64,000 nucleotides of DNA from Clostridia bacterium (GTDB lineage Bacteria > Bacillota > Clostridia > Oscillospirales > QAMX01): contig JAFQKV010000100.1 of assembly GCA_017414715.1 (NCBI GenBank), positions 565 through 64,564 of the forward strand. The letters run 5' to 3'. The position numbers were made by a program, and so were the translations under genes. Shown in pieces: positions 27,901 through 36,525 of this stretch (position 1 is the first letter of the stretch; each line of letters opens with the position of its first letter). The notes below the pieces were generated by a model that saw nothing but the letters and a program-made list of their open reading frames with translations, did not search any database and had not been told where the DNA came from.

Positions 27901-30900
27901 TCTCGCGTGAGGTCTCATATTCGACATCCGCTTCCGGGCAGAGAAGCGTAAATGCAAGCCAAAGCTCATTTCCCCGGTCCCGGCGGGTGACCAAAACCGC
28001 TCCACCCACAGATTCCGTGCGTAAAAAGAGCCTCCGATAGGTCGGATGAGCCTCATGGTCTGCCATCGGGCAAAGCAGGGGCTCAAAGCAGAGAATGAGC
28101 TGCCCGCGCAGCGGCTCACCGCTGCGGTTGACGATCCGGTAGTCCCGGATCTCGGCGGCATTATTCCGTGCAACGCAGGTTTCCGCAATGAGACTCACCG
28201 TTTCCGTGGTACATTCCACCGTCATGGCGTTTTCGCACCGGATGCACCGGCGCTTTACTTCATCTCCGATCGGTAGAGAAGCTACTTCCAGACTCTCCCG
28301 CTCCGTCACCAAAAAAGCGCGCACGCCTCCCACGGCGGACAGCCGGTCATCCGATGCCCGATAAACGCTTTTCCCCTCATAAAAGGCACTCCCAAGCCCC
28401 CGTTCGTCCATAACGAGGGTATAGGCATCGTTTGCCATCAGGCAGCCCTCCGGATCGGTGAAATTCCCCGCCGTGCTTTTGGCAAAGGCCACCGAATTCC
28501 AACGCAGATTGCGTTCCGGTACCTCTGCCGTCCTGCGCTGCATGATAACACCGCCCACCGGCAGCCGCTCTTTCAGAAGCCCCGCATAAGCGCTGAGCTC
28601 CGGGATTTTCATCATCCGCTGCGGATTCTTCCCCCGTGTAAGCAGTAGATGCAGGCTCATTAAGCTCATACCCATATGATGTGCCATATAGGAAGCCACC
28701 GGCTCAAAGGTGCGGCCGCCTGTACGTGAAGCCGTGAAATCCGCCGCCTCGTATAGACCGTAACGGCCGCGAAGGCCCAAACGTTCAAAGCCGGAAAGAC
28801 AGCACATCGCCGCACGCGGGCTGTAGGGTAAGGCAAGAAAGACGCTGTAGGGCGAGAGCACCGTATCCCGCCCCATGCCGCGCTTCAGGGCCAGGCGCGG
28901 CACGCCGTGCGCCTTATACTGATAGGACATCCCTCGGTCAAAGGCACGGTAACCGCTTTCAGAGGTGCCCCAGAGAGCCGTTCCCGCCGGGCGGTGCCGT
29001 CTCTGGGCAGCCACACAGAAGGCCGCACTTTCCGCCACGAGAGAACTGTCAAACCGCGGCAGAAAAAGCTCCGGCATCAGGTATTCAAACATGCTGCCGG
29101 TCCAGGAGGCAAGCCCGGCGAACCCGCGGTATCCCACCAGCCCGCGGCCAAGTCTCCCCCAAAATTTTTCTCCCGCGTGTCCGAAAGCGGCAGCGATAAA
29201 GCCCGTGAGACGAGCCTCGCTTGCCAGCAGGTCGTAGCACCCCTCCATACGGCGGTTGTCGGCCGCATAGGCGCCGATGGAAAAAAGATCCCGCCGTGTA
29301 TCGTAAAGAGCAGAAAAGTCCATGCCGTCAAAGATGGCACGGGCGCGCATCCCAAGCCCGGCAAATTCATTTCCCCGCTCTGCGCAGAAGATGCTGCACA
29401 ACAGCAGCGCCGCCGCCAGATTACCGCTGTCCACCGTGGAAATACAGTAGGGCGGCAGCGGCCGCAGGGTGCGGGTATCCACCCAGTTGTAGACATGTCC
29501 GCGCCACTTTTTCTGTTTCTCCAGTGTGTCGATTTGCGAAGACAGAAGAGAGAGTCCCTCCTCCGGCGCAACGAACCCGAGATCCACGGCACAGATGACT
29601 GCGGCAATAGCAAACCCAACATCCGTGGGAGAGGTCCGGTGGGCAACACCAACGCTCGGCTCCTCCTGCAGATTATCGGGGATCAGATAATGATCCTCCG
29701 GTCGGAGAAGATCGGCAAAATACTGCCAGATCTCCCGGGCATATTCCCGCAGCCGCAAGCATTCCCGCTCTGAAAGGGATATTTCATCCCCGCAGGGTGC
29801 GGAAAGCGCCGCCGCACATGCCGGATTGAGCAGCCAAAGCAATCCCAGCAGTATCCCGCCCCCGTTGCCGGCAAGGCAGACGGTGCCCATAGCCACAGCC
29901 GGAAAGCACAGCCGCCAAAGAGCGGCATCATCCCGCTTTACTGCATCTGCCTCCGCCGCAGTCACCCAGGCAAGCATGCCTTTGCCCGTCAGAAGCCCGC
30001 GTATCGCCGCTATTTCGGCAGACAGCGAGCACGCCGCCTGCACAGGCAGAAACCACAGCTGCACAAACGCGGAAAACACACCTGCTCCCAATCCCGCTGC
30101 CACGGAGGAATGGTAGCGCCATGCCCGCTCCCCTCTGCCCATCTCCCCCGCAAGTGCACCGAGAAGCTCAGGAAGCGCAATACAGACACATCCCGCAAGG
30201 ACAGCGCCGCCGCCGTAGGGGCAAAACACCCCAAAGAGAAGCAGCACGAGCAGAGCCGGTGCGGTTGCCGCCCGGCGAAGATTGTCGAAGATCTTGTATT
30301 TTGTCAGGGCAGAAAGGGGATTTTTCAGTTTCACTCCCGCCCGACCGGGAATGCGCCGGAACATCCACGCTGCGATCTGGATATCTCCGCGGATCCACCG
30401 GCGCAGCCGGGTATAATAGGCCGCCGCCCGGTGGGGACAGCCGTCGGTCATCTCCACATCATTCTGCAATGCGCAGCGAAGATACCCCGACTCCAACAGG
30501 TCGTGAGAAAGAATACGGCCCTCCGGAAGCTGCGAGAGACAGCTGCGGTAGGCATCCACATCGATCAGACCCTTGCCGGTAAAGCTTGCCTCTCCGAAAA
30601 GATCCATATACAGATCGCTCATGACCGATCCGTAAGGATCACAGCCGCCGTTGCCGCCGGTAAGACGCGCAAAGGGTGATCGGTGGGCTGCGGTGATATC
30701 CGTTACGATGCGCGGCATGGCCATGCCGTAGCCCGCCACCACACGGCCCTCCCGGATGACCGGCCGGTTGACAGGACAGGCCAGCGCCGCCACCAGCGGC
30801 AGAATACTGTAGGGCTCCGCCCGGGTATCGGAATCGAGCGTCAGCACATAGCGGATGTTTTCCGGAAGCCCTTCTCCGGATACGGGCAAATCTCCCTCTC

Positions 30901-32203
30901 CGCGCAGGCAGTCAAAGAGAGCGGCGAGGGCTCCGCGCTTACGCTCTTCTCCCATAAAGCGAGCCTCCGTCGCGGCATACTTCCGCTCCCGCAGAAAGAG
31001 AAAATACCGTCCGTCCTTTCTGCGCAGCTCCCGCAGCACCTCCTCCGCTTCGCGGCGAAGCGCATCATCCTCCGGCATTACTTCCTTCGGCGCATCCTTA
31101 AAATCAAGGAGCAGCCCAAAATACAGGTTTTCCCCGCAGTTCCGGTTTGCACAAGCAAATTCCCGCAGCCGCTGCCCAAGCTCCCGGGCTTCACCCGGTC
31201 TGGTGATGAGGGATGTGATGACGCAGAGGGTCTTCGCGTTTTCGGGGATTCCGTCCGGCAAAGCCAGCCGTAAGGTCCTGCGGGGCGGCACCAGCCGCAA
31301 GGTAAAAAAATCGCACAGTGCCCGCCCGGCAGCCACCGCAGGCAGCAGAAAAAGCCCCGCGGCGGCTGGCTTCTTCACCGCAAGGCATAAAACAAGAAAT
31401 ATTGCCGAACTAACGGCGATCAGCGCCGCAAAATACAGCCGTCCGGTCAACGGTCGGGGTTCCGTCTCCTTTGCCAGCCGCCGCACCGGTTCACCTGCGG
31501 AAAGCAGGCTCCGTGCCATACGGTCGGGGCGCTTGTCTTCCCGCTTTGCCATCCGGCACAGACACGAGCGAAGCAAGGCGCGGCTTGGAACATCCAGCCG
31601 CGGATACAGTCCCTCCGGATCCTGTAAAAGAATTTGCTCCACAGGATCGTGGGAAAGGACGATGTTCTGCAGCATGCCGCTCTGCAGAGCATTCAGACAT
31701 TTCAGAGCCCGGGAGATGCCATGCAGGTGCTTCTCTTCCCGCTCCGCAATGCCGTCGATGTTTCGCCACACTTCCACCACATAAACGACGATGTGCGCCC
31801 GCAGCATATCGGGCAGCAGCGCAAGCTCCTGCTCCGGCAGAAAACGCTCTGCCGTATAGGCATCCACGGCACAGCCGATCTCCGTCTCAGACAACGCCTC
31901 TGCTCCGCAGCGAACCAGTGCCCGGCACAGCTCACCGATGGCTGCATCCGCCCCCGCCGCTGTAAGCTTTGCCCGCCGCAAAGCCCGCAGAGCTGCCGTT
32001 CCCTCCCGCTCCGCAAGGGCCGCATTGTCCAGGATCCATGCAAGTGTCGGTCCGGGGCGCTCCGGCGGCATCCTGCGGATGCGCGTGCGGATCTCGCGCA
32101 ACGCATCGTGCAGCGCCGCAAGCTCCCGGCGGGGACATATCTGCCGCTCCTCCGCCCGCTCGGCGCTCTCCCGGCCGATGCGCTCAAAAATTTCTCTTCG
32201 CAT
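24932..32203 (-). CDS. Cyclic beta-1,2-glucan synthase-like giant protein (membrane GT84-type synthase + glucan-processing middle domain + GH94-type phosphorylase domain), 2423 aa
   Basis: The track ORF (2779 aa) is trimmed to MRREIFERIG (ATG 32203, GGGGGAGA RBS) because the upstream 356 codons are antisense to ylxM/ffh. Motifs seen: IRYVLTLDSDT, HDLLESGYLR, RLRRWIRGD (GT catalytic-type), several TM blocks, YNWVDTRTL..STVDSGN, and at the C-terminus GNGFRDQLQD, HWWH, GGDWNDGM, ENGGQYTHAA, SWYTGAAGW (GH94-like). Confidence 0.8.
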   Translation of the reverse strand: MRREIFERIGRESAERAEERQICPRRELAALHDALREIRTRIRRMPPERPGPTLAWILDNAALAEREGTAALRALRRAKLTAAGADAAIGELCRALVRCGAEALSETEIGCAVDAYTAERFLPEQELALLPDMLRAHIVVYVVEVWRNIDGIAEREEKHLHGISRALKCLNALQSGMLQNIVLSHDPVEQILLQDPEGLYPRLDVPSRALLRSCLCRMAKREDKRPDRMARSLLSAGEPVRRLAKETEPRPLTGRLYFAALIAVSSAIFLVLCLAVKKPAAAGLFLLPAVAAGRALCDFFTLRLVPPRRTLRLALPDGIPENAKTLCVITSLITRPGEARELGQRLREFACANRNCGENLYFGLLLDFKDAPKEVMPEDDALRREAEEVLRELRRKDGRYFLFLRERKYAATEARFMGEERKRGALAALFDCLRGEGDLPVSGEGLPENIRYVLTLDSDTRAEPYSILPLVAALACPVNRPVIREGRVVAGYGMAMPRIVTDITAAHRSPFARLTGGNGGCDPYGSVMSDLYMDLFGEASFTGKGLIDVDAYRSCLSQLPEGRILSHDLLESGYLRCALQNDVEMTDGCPHRAAAYYTRLRRWIRGDIQIAAWMFRRIPGRAGVKLKNPLSALTKYKIFDNLRRAATAPALLVLLLFGVFCPYGGGAVLAGCVCIALPELLGALAGEMGRGERAWRYHSSVAAGLGAGVFSAFVQLWFLPVQAACSLSAEIAAIRGLLTGKGMLAWVTAAEADAVKRDDAALWRLCFPAVAMGTVCLAGNGGGILLGLLWLLNPACAAALSAPCGDEISLSERECLRLREYAREIWQYFADLLRPEDHYLIPDNLQEEPSVGVAHRTSPTDVGFAIAAVICAVDLGFVAPEEGLSLLSSQIDTLEKQKKWRGHVYNWVDTRTLRPLPPYCISTVDSGNLAAALLLCSIFCAERGNEFAGLGMRARAIFDGMDFSALYDTRRDLFSIGAYAADNRRMEGCYDLLASEARLTGFIAAAFGHAGEKFWGRLGRGLVGYRGFAGLASWTGSMFEYLMPELFLPRFDSSLVAESAAFCVAAQRRHRPAGTALWGTSESGYRAFDRGMSYQYKAHGVPRLALKRGMGRDTVLSPYSVFLALPYSPRAAMCCLSGFERLGLRGRYGLYEAADFTASRTGGRTFEPVASYMAHHMGMSLMSLHLLLTRGKNPQRMMKIPELSAYAGLLKERLPVGGVIMQRRTAEVPERNLRWNSVAFAKSTAGNFTDPEGCLMANDAYTLVMDERGLGSAFYEGKSVYRASDDRLSAVGGVRAFLVTERESLEVASLPIGDEVKRRCIRCENAMTVECTTETVSLIAETCVARNNAAEIRDYRIVNRSGEPLRGQLILCFEPLLCPMADHEAHPTYRRLFLRTESVGGAVLVTRRDRGNELWLAFTLLCPEADVEYETSRETLIGRRGYDPRRMVFAGGVGDVLDPCVAARATVTVPAGGDVSLRAVISVARERSAALQALQSGKSPAPERADLLLRGVMRKMSPEHHAAAHKLAARLLFEPYGKAGEVMPQGGFSALWRLGIAGDVPLLLARSRTDGSAEIFPVFCFAMYRRAGISCELAVLTDEGDAYLRPGRDAVLDAAAGFGVTEASGIFVIDRSVLEEGDLALLRAAAVIDFTQNPTKVPVLVPKKLMAFAPGRGAELPARTGDLSALAPRQMPPVSWSMPLAGRRFGCIAQDVGPGGMWYRNARLFRVTGFSMDPLGGSLEERMYLSDGVHTMSLYKEDGEPCSMRFDLGCAVWEKQADGIRVKTKMFCPPDIPARVVLVEGYAERDVRLSWFLRPLLGERKSDRIFVEAHPTENGAEVRNTAGRIFDGTELLCLASGAAECTCYAPHAWSEWTSGRAGYGGDALLYLRSAPVQGKFSLVLVAGAREDENDNALRALLDVCSAERALEETRAHFAKRVCALRPETPDAALNAYVSAPCLYQVLASRLYARASLWQCGGGNGFRDQLQDICAILPFDAPLARQTILTACARQYEEGDVMHWWHDLPGGCMGVRTRYSDDLLWLPYAVFEYVNVTGDRSLLSAKVPYLSSPPLEDGEKSRCEQPPLSARRESVLAHCVRACEMVAERGVGVHGLPLMLGGDWNDGMDLVGAEGRGESVWLGFFAANVFRRTAYLCRRAEMRQKAEELTFFAKSMAVSALQARENGAFIRAWWDDGTPLGNGEGECALDSIAQSFSLWVPEGDPAEKRAAVRLAAERLWDREHGLIRLLAPPFTGKGKDPGYISDYPPGIRENGGQYTHAAVWLCMACFAAGEEELGFDMLMSLLPAKRREEIRRTEDFVLTGDVYDHPLHRGRGGWSWYTGAAGWYMQAVMYCLFGLRFSDGILSLFPYLPKDWEGYSFELDLYAVRLRVQVRRGGAPGVYLNGDRTDNQFRPSEMCGEADVLVIV

Positions 32204-32270
32204 TGACTCATCTCCCCCTGCATTTTGGCTTATTCTCCGCATTTTTTGCCCGCAATATGCAAAATAACTA

Positions 32271-32299
32271 TTGACAGAGGGATGCGTATGTGTTAGAAT
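32271..32299 (+). promoter_or_regulatory. Sigma-A promoter TTGACA-17-TAGAAT for ylxM-ffh
   Basis: ttgaca 32271-32276, tagaat 32294-32299. Confidence 0.6.
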
Positions 32300-32355
32300 A
32301 GTGCGCTGTAAAGTAATTTCCTTTACAGTTGTCGTTTGAGGGAGGCCGGGATACC

Positions 32356-32685
32356 ATGCAGGATGCCCTGCTTCTCTGCGAGCTTTTTGATATCTACGGG
32401 CCTCTCCTTTCCGCCCGTCAGCAGGAGGTTTTCTCCCTGCGGTATACGGAGGATCTCTCCCTTGCCGAGATCGCAGAGACCCTTTCCATCTCCCGTCAGG
32501 GCGTTCGGGATGCCATCCTCCATGCGGAGGAGACCCTCCTGCGCGCCGAAGATCGTCTTGGGCTGCGCGCCCGGGAGGAAGCTCTGCGCCGGGATCTTGA
32601 CGAGCTGGAATCGCTCGCAAGGAACGGTGACTGCGCTTCCCTTGTTGACACGATTGCCGCCATCCGCGCCCGTATGGAGGAATAA
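32356..32685 (+). CDS. ylxM: YlxM/UPF0122 putative HTH protein of the SRP operon
   Basis: LFDIYGPLLSARQQEVFSLRYTEDLSLAEIAETLSISRQGVRDAI. Lies immediately upstream of ffh. GAGGGAGG RBS. Confidence 0.85.
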   Translation: MQDALLLCELFDIYGPLLSARQQEVFSLRYTEDLSLAEIAETLSISRQGVRDAILHAEETLLRAEDRLGLRAREEALRRDLDELESLARNGDCASLVDTIAAIRARMEE

Positions 32686-32686
32686 A

Positions 32687-34021
32687 ATGGCTTTTGAAGG
32701 TCTTTCCGAAAAACTCAGCGCCGTCTTCAAGCGGCTTTCCGGCCGAGGTAAGCTCACGGAGGCTGATATCAAGACCGTCATGCGCGAGGTTCGCCTCGCG
32801 CTGCTGGAGGCCGACGTCAGCTACAAGGTTGTCAAGGACTTCGTCGCCTCCGTATCCGCCCGCGCCGTGGGTGCGGACGTGCTGGAGAGCCTCACCCCCG
32901 CCCAGCAGGTCATCAAGATCGTCAACGAGGAGCTCTGTGCCCTCATGGGCGGCAAATGCGAAAAGCTGGAGATCGCGCCGAAGCCCCCCACGGTCATTAT
33001 GATGGTCGGTCTGCAGGGTGCCGGTAAGACCACCAACACCGCAAAGCTTGCCGCTTTCTATAAAAAGCAGGGCAAAAAGCCCCTTCTCGCCGCCTGCGAC
33101 GTTTACCGTCCCGCCGCCATCGCCCAGCTGCACACCGTCGGCGATCAGGTGGGTGTCCCCGTCTTTGACGAGGGGCAGGGTGACCCGGTGCAGATTGCCC
33201 GGAATGCCCTCCGTTTTGCCGAAAAGAACGGGCATGACATGCTCTTTCTGGATACCGCCGGCCGTCTGCATATCGATGAGAAGCTCATGTCCGAGCTCAC
33301 CGACATCAAGGCCGCCGCAAAGCCCACGGAGATCCTGCTGGTGCTGGACTCCATGACCGGTCAGGATGCAGGCAACGCCGCCTCATCTTTCAATGAGCAG
33401 CTGGACATCACCGGTGTCATTCTGACAAAGCTCGACGGCGATACCCGCGGCGGTGCTGCCCTCTCCATCCGTGCCGTCACCGGCAAGCCCATCAAGTTCA
33501 CCGGTGTCGGCGAAAAGCTCGATGCCATCGAGCCCTTCTACCCCGACCGCATGGCCTCCCGCATCCTCGGCATGGGCGATATGCTCTCCCTCATTGAAAA
33601 GGCACAGGCCTCCTTTGATGAGAAAAAGGCACTGGAGCTGGAGGAAAAGATCCGCAGGAACCGCCTGGATCTCAACGATTACCTCGCCCAGATGGAGCAG
33701 ATGCGCAGCATGGGGTCCATGCAGGACATCCTCGGCATGCTCCCCGGTGCCGCCGGCAAAAATCTCTCCGGCGTGCAGGTGGACGAAAAGCAGCTGGACC
33801 GCACCCAGGCCATCATCCGATCCATGACCAAAAAGGAACGGGAAAATCCAGATCTGCTCAACTACTCCCGCAAAAAGCGCATCGCCGCCGGCTCCGGCAC
33901 CAAGGTGGAGGATATCAACCGCCTTCTCAAGCAATTTGCGATGCTGCAGAACCTGACAAAGCAGATGACCAACCCGAAGAAGGCAAAGCGTGCCTTCGGC
34001 GGCATGAAATTCCCCTTTTGA
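32687..34021 (+). CDS. ffh: Signal recognition particle protein Ffh
   Basis: Start trimmed to [47 protein letters not shown]-domain rich in Met (..[16 protein letters not shown]..). Confidence 0.97.
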   Translation: MAFEGLSEKLSAVFKRLSGRGKLTEADIKTVMREVRLALLEADVSYKVVKDFVASVSARAVGADVLESLTPAQQVIKIVNEELCALMGGKCEKLEIAPKPPTVIMMVGLQGAGKTTNTAKLAAFYKKQGKKPLLAACDVYRPAAIAQLHTVGDQVGVPVFDEGQGDPVQIARNALRFAEKNGHDMLFLDTAGRLHIDEKLMSELTDIKAAAKPTEILLVLDSMTGQDAGNAASSFNEQLDITGVILTKLDGDTRGGAALSIRAVTGKPIKFTGVGEKLDAIEPFYPDRMASRILGMGDMLSLIEKAQASFDEKKALELEEKIRRNRLDLNDYLAQMEQMRSMGSMQDILGMLPGAAGKNLSGVQVDEKQLDRTQAIIRSMTKKERENPDLLNYSRKKRIAAGSGTKVEDINRLLKQFAMLQNLTKQMTNPKKAKRAFGGMKFPF

Positions 34022-34086
34022 TCCAAGTATCAGCGCATAATTCAATTCATATAAAAACAAAAAACATTTTTTGGAGGAACAAAATC

Positions 34087-34326
34087 ATGGTTAAGATCAG
34101 ACTTCGCAGAATGGGCGCAAAGAAGGCTCCCTTCTACCGCATCGTCGTTGCCGATTCCCGCTATCCCCGCGATGGCCGCTTCATCGAGGAGCTCGGCACC
34201 TACGATCCCAAGGCCGATCCTTCCGCAGTGAAGGTCGATGCCGACAAGGTCCGCGAGTGGATCAAGAACGGCGCCCAGCCCACTGAGACCGTCCGTACCC
34301 TTCTGAAGAAGGAAAACATCCTTTAA
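34087..34326 (+). CDS. rpsP: 30S ribosomal protein S16
   Basis: [41 protein letters not shown]. Confidence 0.97.
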   Translation: MVKIRLRRMGAKKAPFYRIVVADSRYPRDGRFIEELGTYDPKADPSAVKVDADKVREWIKNGAQPTETVRTLLKKENIL

Positions 34327-34346
34327 TCTGCAATTTCGGTGAAGTA

Positions 34347-34577
34347 ATGAAAGAGCTTCTGATTTACATCGTATCCAACATCGTCGAACACCCCGAGGAT
34401 GTGCTCGTCACCGAGGAAGCCACCGACGAGGAGCTCGTTCTCAAGCTGTCCGTCAACCCCTCCGATGTCGGTAAGGTCATCGGCCGTCAGGGACGGATCG
34501 CCCGTGCCATCCGCACCATCGTCAAGTCCGCTTCCGCCGCCACGGACCGCAAGGTCTCTGTGGACATCCAGAGCTGA
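34347..34577 (+). CDS. ylqC: KH-domain RNA-binding protein (UPF0109/YlqC-like)
   Basis: 76 aa with ..DVGKVIGRQGRIARAIRTIV.. (GxxG KH loop). Position between rpsP and rimM. Confidence 0.85.
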   Translation: MKELLIYIVSNIVEHPEDVLVTEEATDEELVLKLSVNPSDVGKVIGRQGRIARAIRTIVKSASAATDRKVSVDIQS

Positions 34578-34590
34578 AGAGAAAAACATA

Positions 34591-34622
34591 AAACCGCCGG
34601 CTGCCCACAGTCGGCGGTTTTT
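34591..34622 (+). terminator. Intra-operon hairpin (terminator/attenuator) between the KH gene and rimM
   Basis: aaaccgccg-12 nt loop-cggcggttttt. Confidence 0.5.
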
Positions 34623-34641
34623 GCACCGAGGTATTGCAAAC

Positions 34642-35148
34642 ATGCAGGAACAATTTCTCGATGCCGGCAATATCGTCGGCACCCACGGCGTACGGGGCGA
34701 GGTCAAGCTCGTTCCCCTCTGCGACGGGGCTGAATTTTTGAAGGGGCTCAGGATCCTCTACATCGACGGCCGCCCGCTGCCGGGGGAGGGCATCCGCTCC
34801 CACAAGGGCGCGGCGCTCGTCAAGTTTGAAGGCATCGACACCGTCGAGGCCGGTATGGCGCTGCGCGGCAAGCTCGTTCGCTTTGACAGAAAGGACGTCA
34901 AGCTTCCCAGGGGGCGTGTATTTCTCTCCGACGTTTACGGTCTTCCCGTCTTCGACACCCGGACCGAGCGCGAGATCGGCACCCTTGCCGAGATCCTTTT
35001 CCTCCCTGCCGGAGAGGTCTGGGTGGTCCGCGGCGAGACCGGTGAGATCATGATCCCCCAGAAGGGCGGCTTCATCGATCCCGTCGATCCCGCCGAAGGA
35101 AGGATCACCGTTCATACCATAGAAGGGATGCTGCCCGATGAAAATTGA
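34642..35148 (+). CDS. rimM: 16S rRNA processing protein RimM
   Basis: Start trimmed to MQEQFLDAGNIVGTHGVRGEVKL.. C-terminal PRC-barrel-like region ..GEIMIP..FI..VD..I.V. Confidence 0.9.
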   Translation: MQEQFLDAGNIVGTHGVRGEVKLVPLCDGAEFLKGLRILYIDGRPLPGEGIRSHKGAALVKFEGIDTVEAGMALRGKLVRFDRKDVKLPRGRVFLSDVYGLPVFDTRTEREIGTLAEILFLPAGEVWVVRGETGEIMIPQKGGFIDPVDPAEGRITVHTIEGMLPDEN

Positions 35149-35890
35149 GATCATGACCCTCTTCCCCGATATGTGCGCCCGGATGTTCTCCGAGAGCATC
35201 ATCGGCCGGGGCATCGAAAACGGACTGTTGACCATCCGCTGCCACCAGATCCGCGAGTGGACCACCAACAAGCAGTGCCAGGTGGACGATTATCCCTACG
35301 GAGGCGGCGGCGGCATGGTCATGCAGGCCGACCCCCTCTTCCGCTGCCATGAGCACATCTGCGCCGAATATAACGGCGGTGAGCATATCCACACCATTTT
35401 TATGTCCCCCTGCGGCTCCCGCTTTGATCAGGGACATGCCCGCCGGCTGCTGACAAAGAAGCATATCATTCTCGTCTGCGGCCATTACGAGGGCGTGGAT
35501 CAGCGCTTTATCGACGAGTGCGTGGATGAGGAGATCTCCCTGGGCGACTTCGTGCTCACCGGCGGTGAGATCGCCGCCTGCGCCATCGCCGATGCCGTCT
35601 GCCGTATGGTCCCCGGCGTGCTGGCCGATTCCTCCTCCTTTGAAAACGAAAGCCACTGGGCCGGTCTTCTGGAATATCCCCAGTATTCCCGCCCTGTTCT
35701 GTGGCACGACCGGGAGGTCCCGGAGATCCTTCTCTCCGGCCACCACGCAAATATTGAAAAATGGCGCCGCGAAATGAGCATTGCCCGCACGGCGGAGCGC
35801 CGTCCGGATATGCTCGCAGGCGCTGAGCTGACCGATAAGGAGCGGGCAGAGCTCATCACCCGCGGTATTCTGAAATCCGACAAGGAGTAA
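35138..35890 (+). CDS. trmD: tRNA (guanine37-N1)-methyltransferase
   Basis: MKIEIMTLFPDM.., DDYPYGGGGGMVM, CGHYEGVDQR, LGDFVLTGGE. Confidence 0.96.
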   Translation: MKIEIMTLFPDMCARMFSESIIGRGIENGLLTIRCHQIREWTTNKQCQVDDYPYGGGGGMVMQADPLFRCHEHICAEYNGGEHIHTIFMSPCGSRFDQGHARRLLTKKHIILVCGHYEGVDQRFIDECVDEEISLGDFVLTGGEIAACAIADAVCRMVPGVLADSSSFENESHWAGLLEYPQYSRPVLWHDREVPEILLSGHHANIEKWRREMSIARTAERRPDMLAGAELTDKERAELITRGILKSDKE

Positions 35891-35896
35891 CATACC

Positions 35897-36322
35897 ATGA
35901 TCGATAAAAACTGTGCCTACTGCATGGAAGGCGAGCTGGTGTCGAAATTCGGCATCCCCGTCTGTGAGCTGCCCGCCTCCAAGGTCTATCTCTTCCGCGA
36001 GCAGAGCCACCGCGGCCGCGTGATCGTTGCAAGCAAGCATCACGTCTCCGAGCTGGTCGATCTTTCCGATGCCGAGCGCGATGCCTTCTTTGCCGACGTA
36101 GATAAGGTCGCAAAGGCCCTCCACGCCGCCTTCAAGCCCAAGAAGGTCAACTACGGCGCCTATGGCGACACCGGCTGCCACCTGCACTTCCACCTCGTCC
36201 CGAAGTATGAGGATGACGAATTCGAGTGGGGCTCCACCTTTGCCATGAACCCCGACCGCAAGTACCTCACCCAGGCCGAATACAGCGCCCTCATCGCTGC
36301 CATCCGTCTGCGGCTGAAATAA
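35897..36322 (+). CDS. HIT-family hydrolase
   Basis: Histidine triad HLHFHLVPK near the C-terminus; 141 aa. Confidence 0.8.
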   Translation: MIDKNCAYCMEGELVSKFGIPVCELPASKVYLFREQSHRGRVIVASKHHVSELVDLSDAERDAFFADVDKVAKALHAAFKPKKVNYGAYGDTGCHLHFHLVPKYEDDEFEWGSTFAMNPDRKYLTQAEYSALIAAIRLRLK

Positions 36323-36343
36323 TCACGGAATCATTATGTAAAG

Positions 36344-36473
36344 CCCTCCTTGTGTAAAGGAGGGTGGCAGCCGCAGGCTGACGGGAGGATTGTTATATCA
36401 CGACAATCCCTCAGTCAAAACCGCTGGTTTTGACAGCTCCCTTTACACAAGGGAGCCACCGCTGCGGCGGGAG
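36344..36473. repeat. Compound palindromic intergenic repeat (copy 1): inverted pair of ~45-55-nt modules around a short hairpin spacer
   Basis: Left arm ccctccttgtgtaaaggaggg-tggcagccgcaggctgacgggagg. Spacer attgttatatcacgacaat. Right arm ccctcagtcaaaaccgctggttttgacag-ctccctttacacaagggag-ccaccgctgcggcgggag. Same module grammar as 48481-48616. Confidence 0.7.
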
Positions 36474-36525
36474 CTTATCCACCGGCAGAGCCGGGGATGT
36501 CACAATAGAGAAAGTCTCCGATGCA

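Noticed and set aside
32204-33271. N-terminal 356 codons of the 2779-aa track ORF (24932..33271)
   Set aside because: This part is antisense to ylxM and ffh, which are unambiguous. The glucan-synthase-like protein has an RBS-supported ATG at 32203, and a TTGACA/TAGAAT promoter for the opposite operon lies in between. The long ORF is a run-on artefact.
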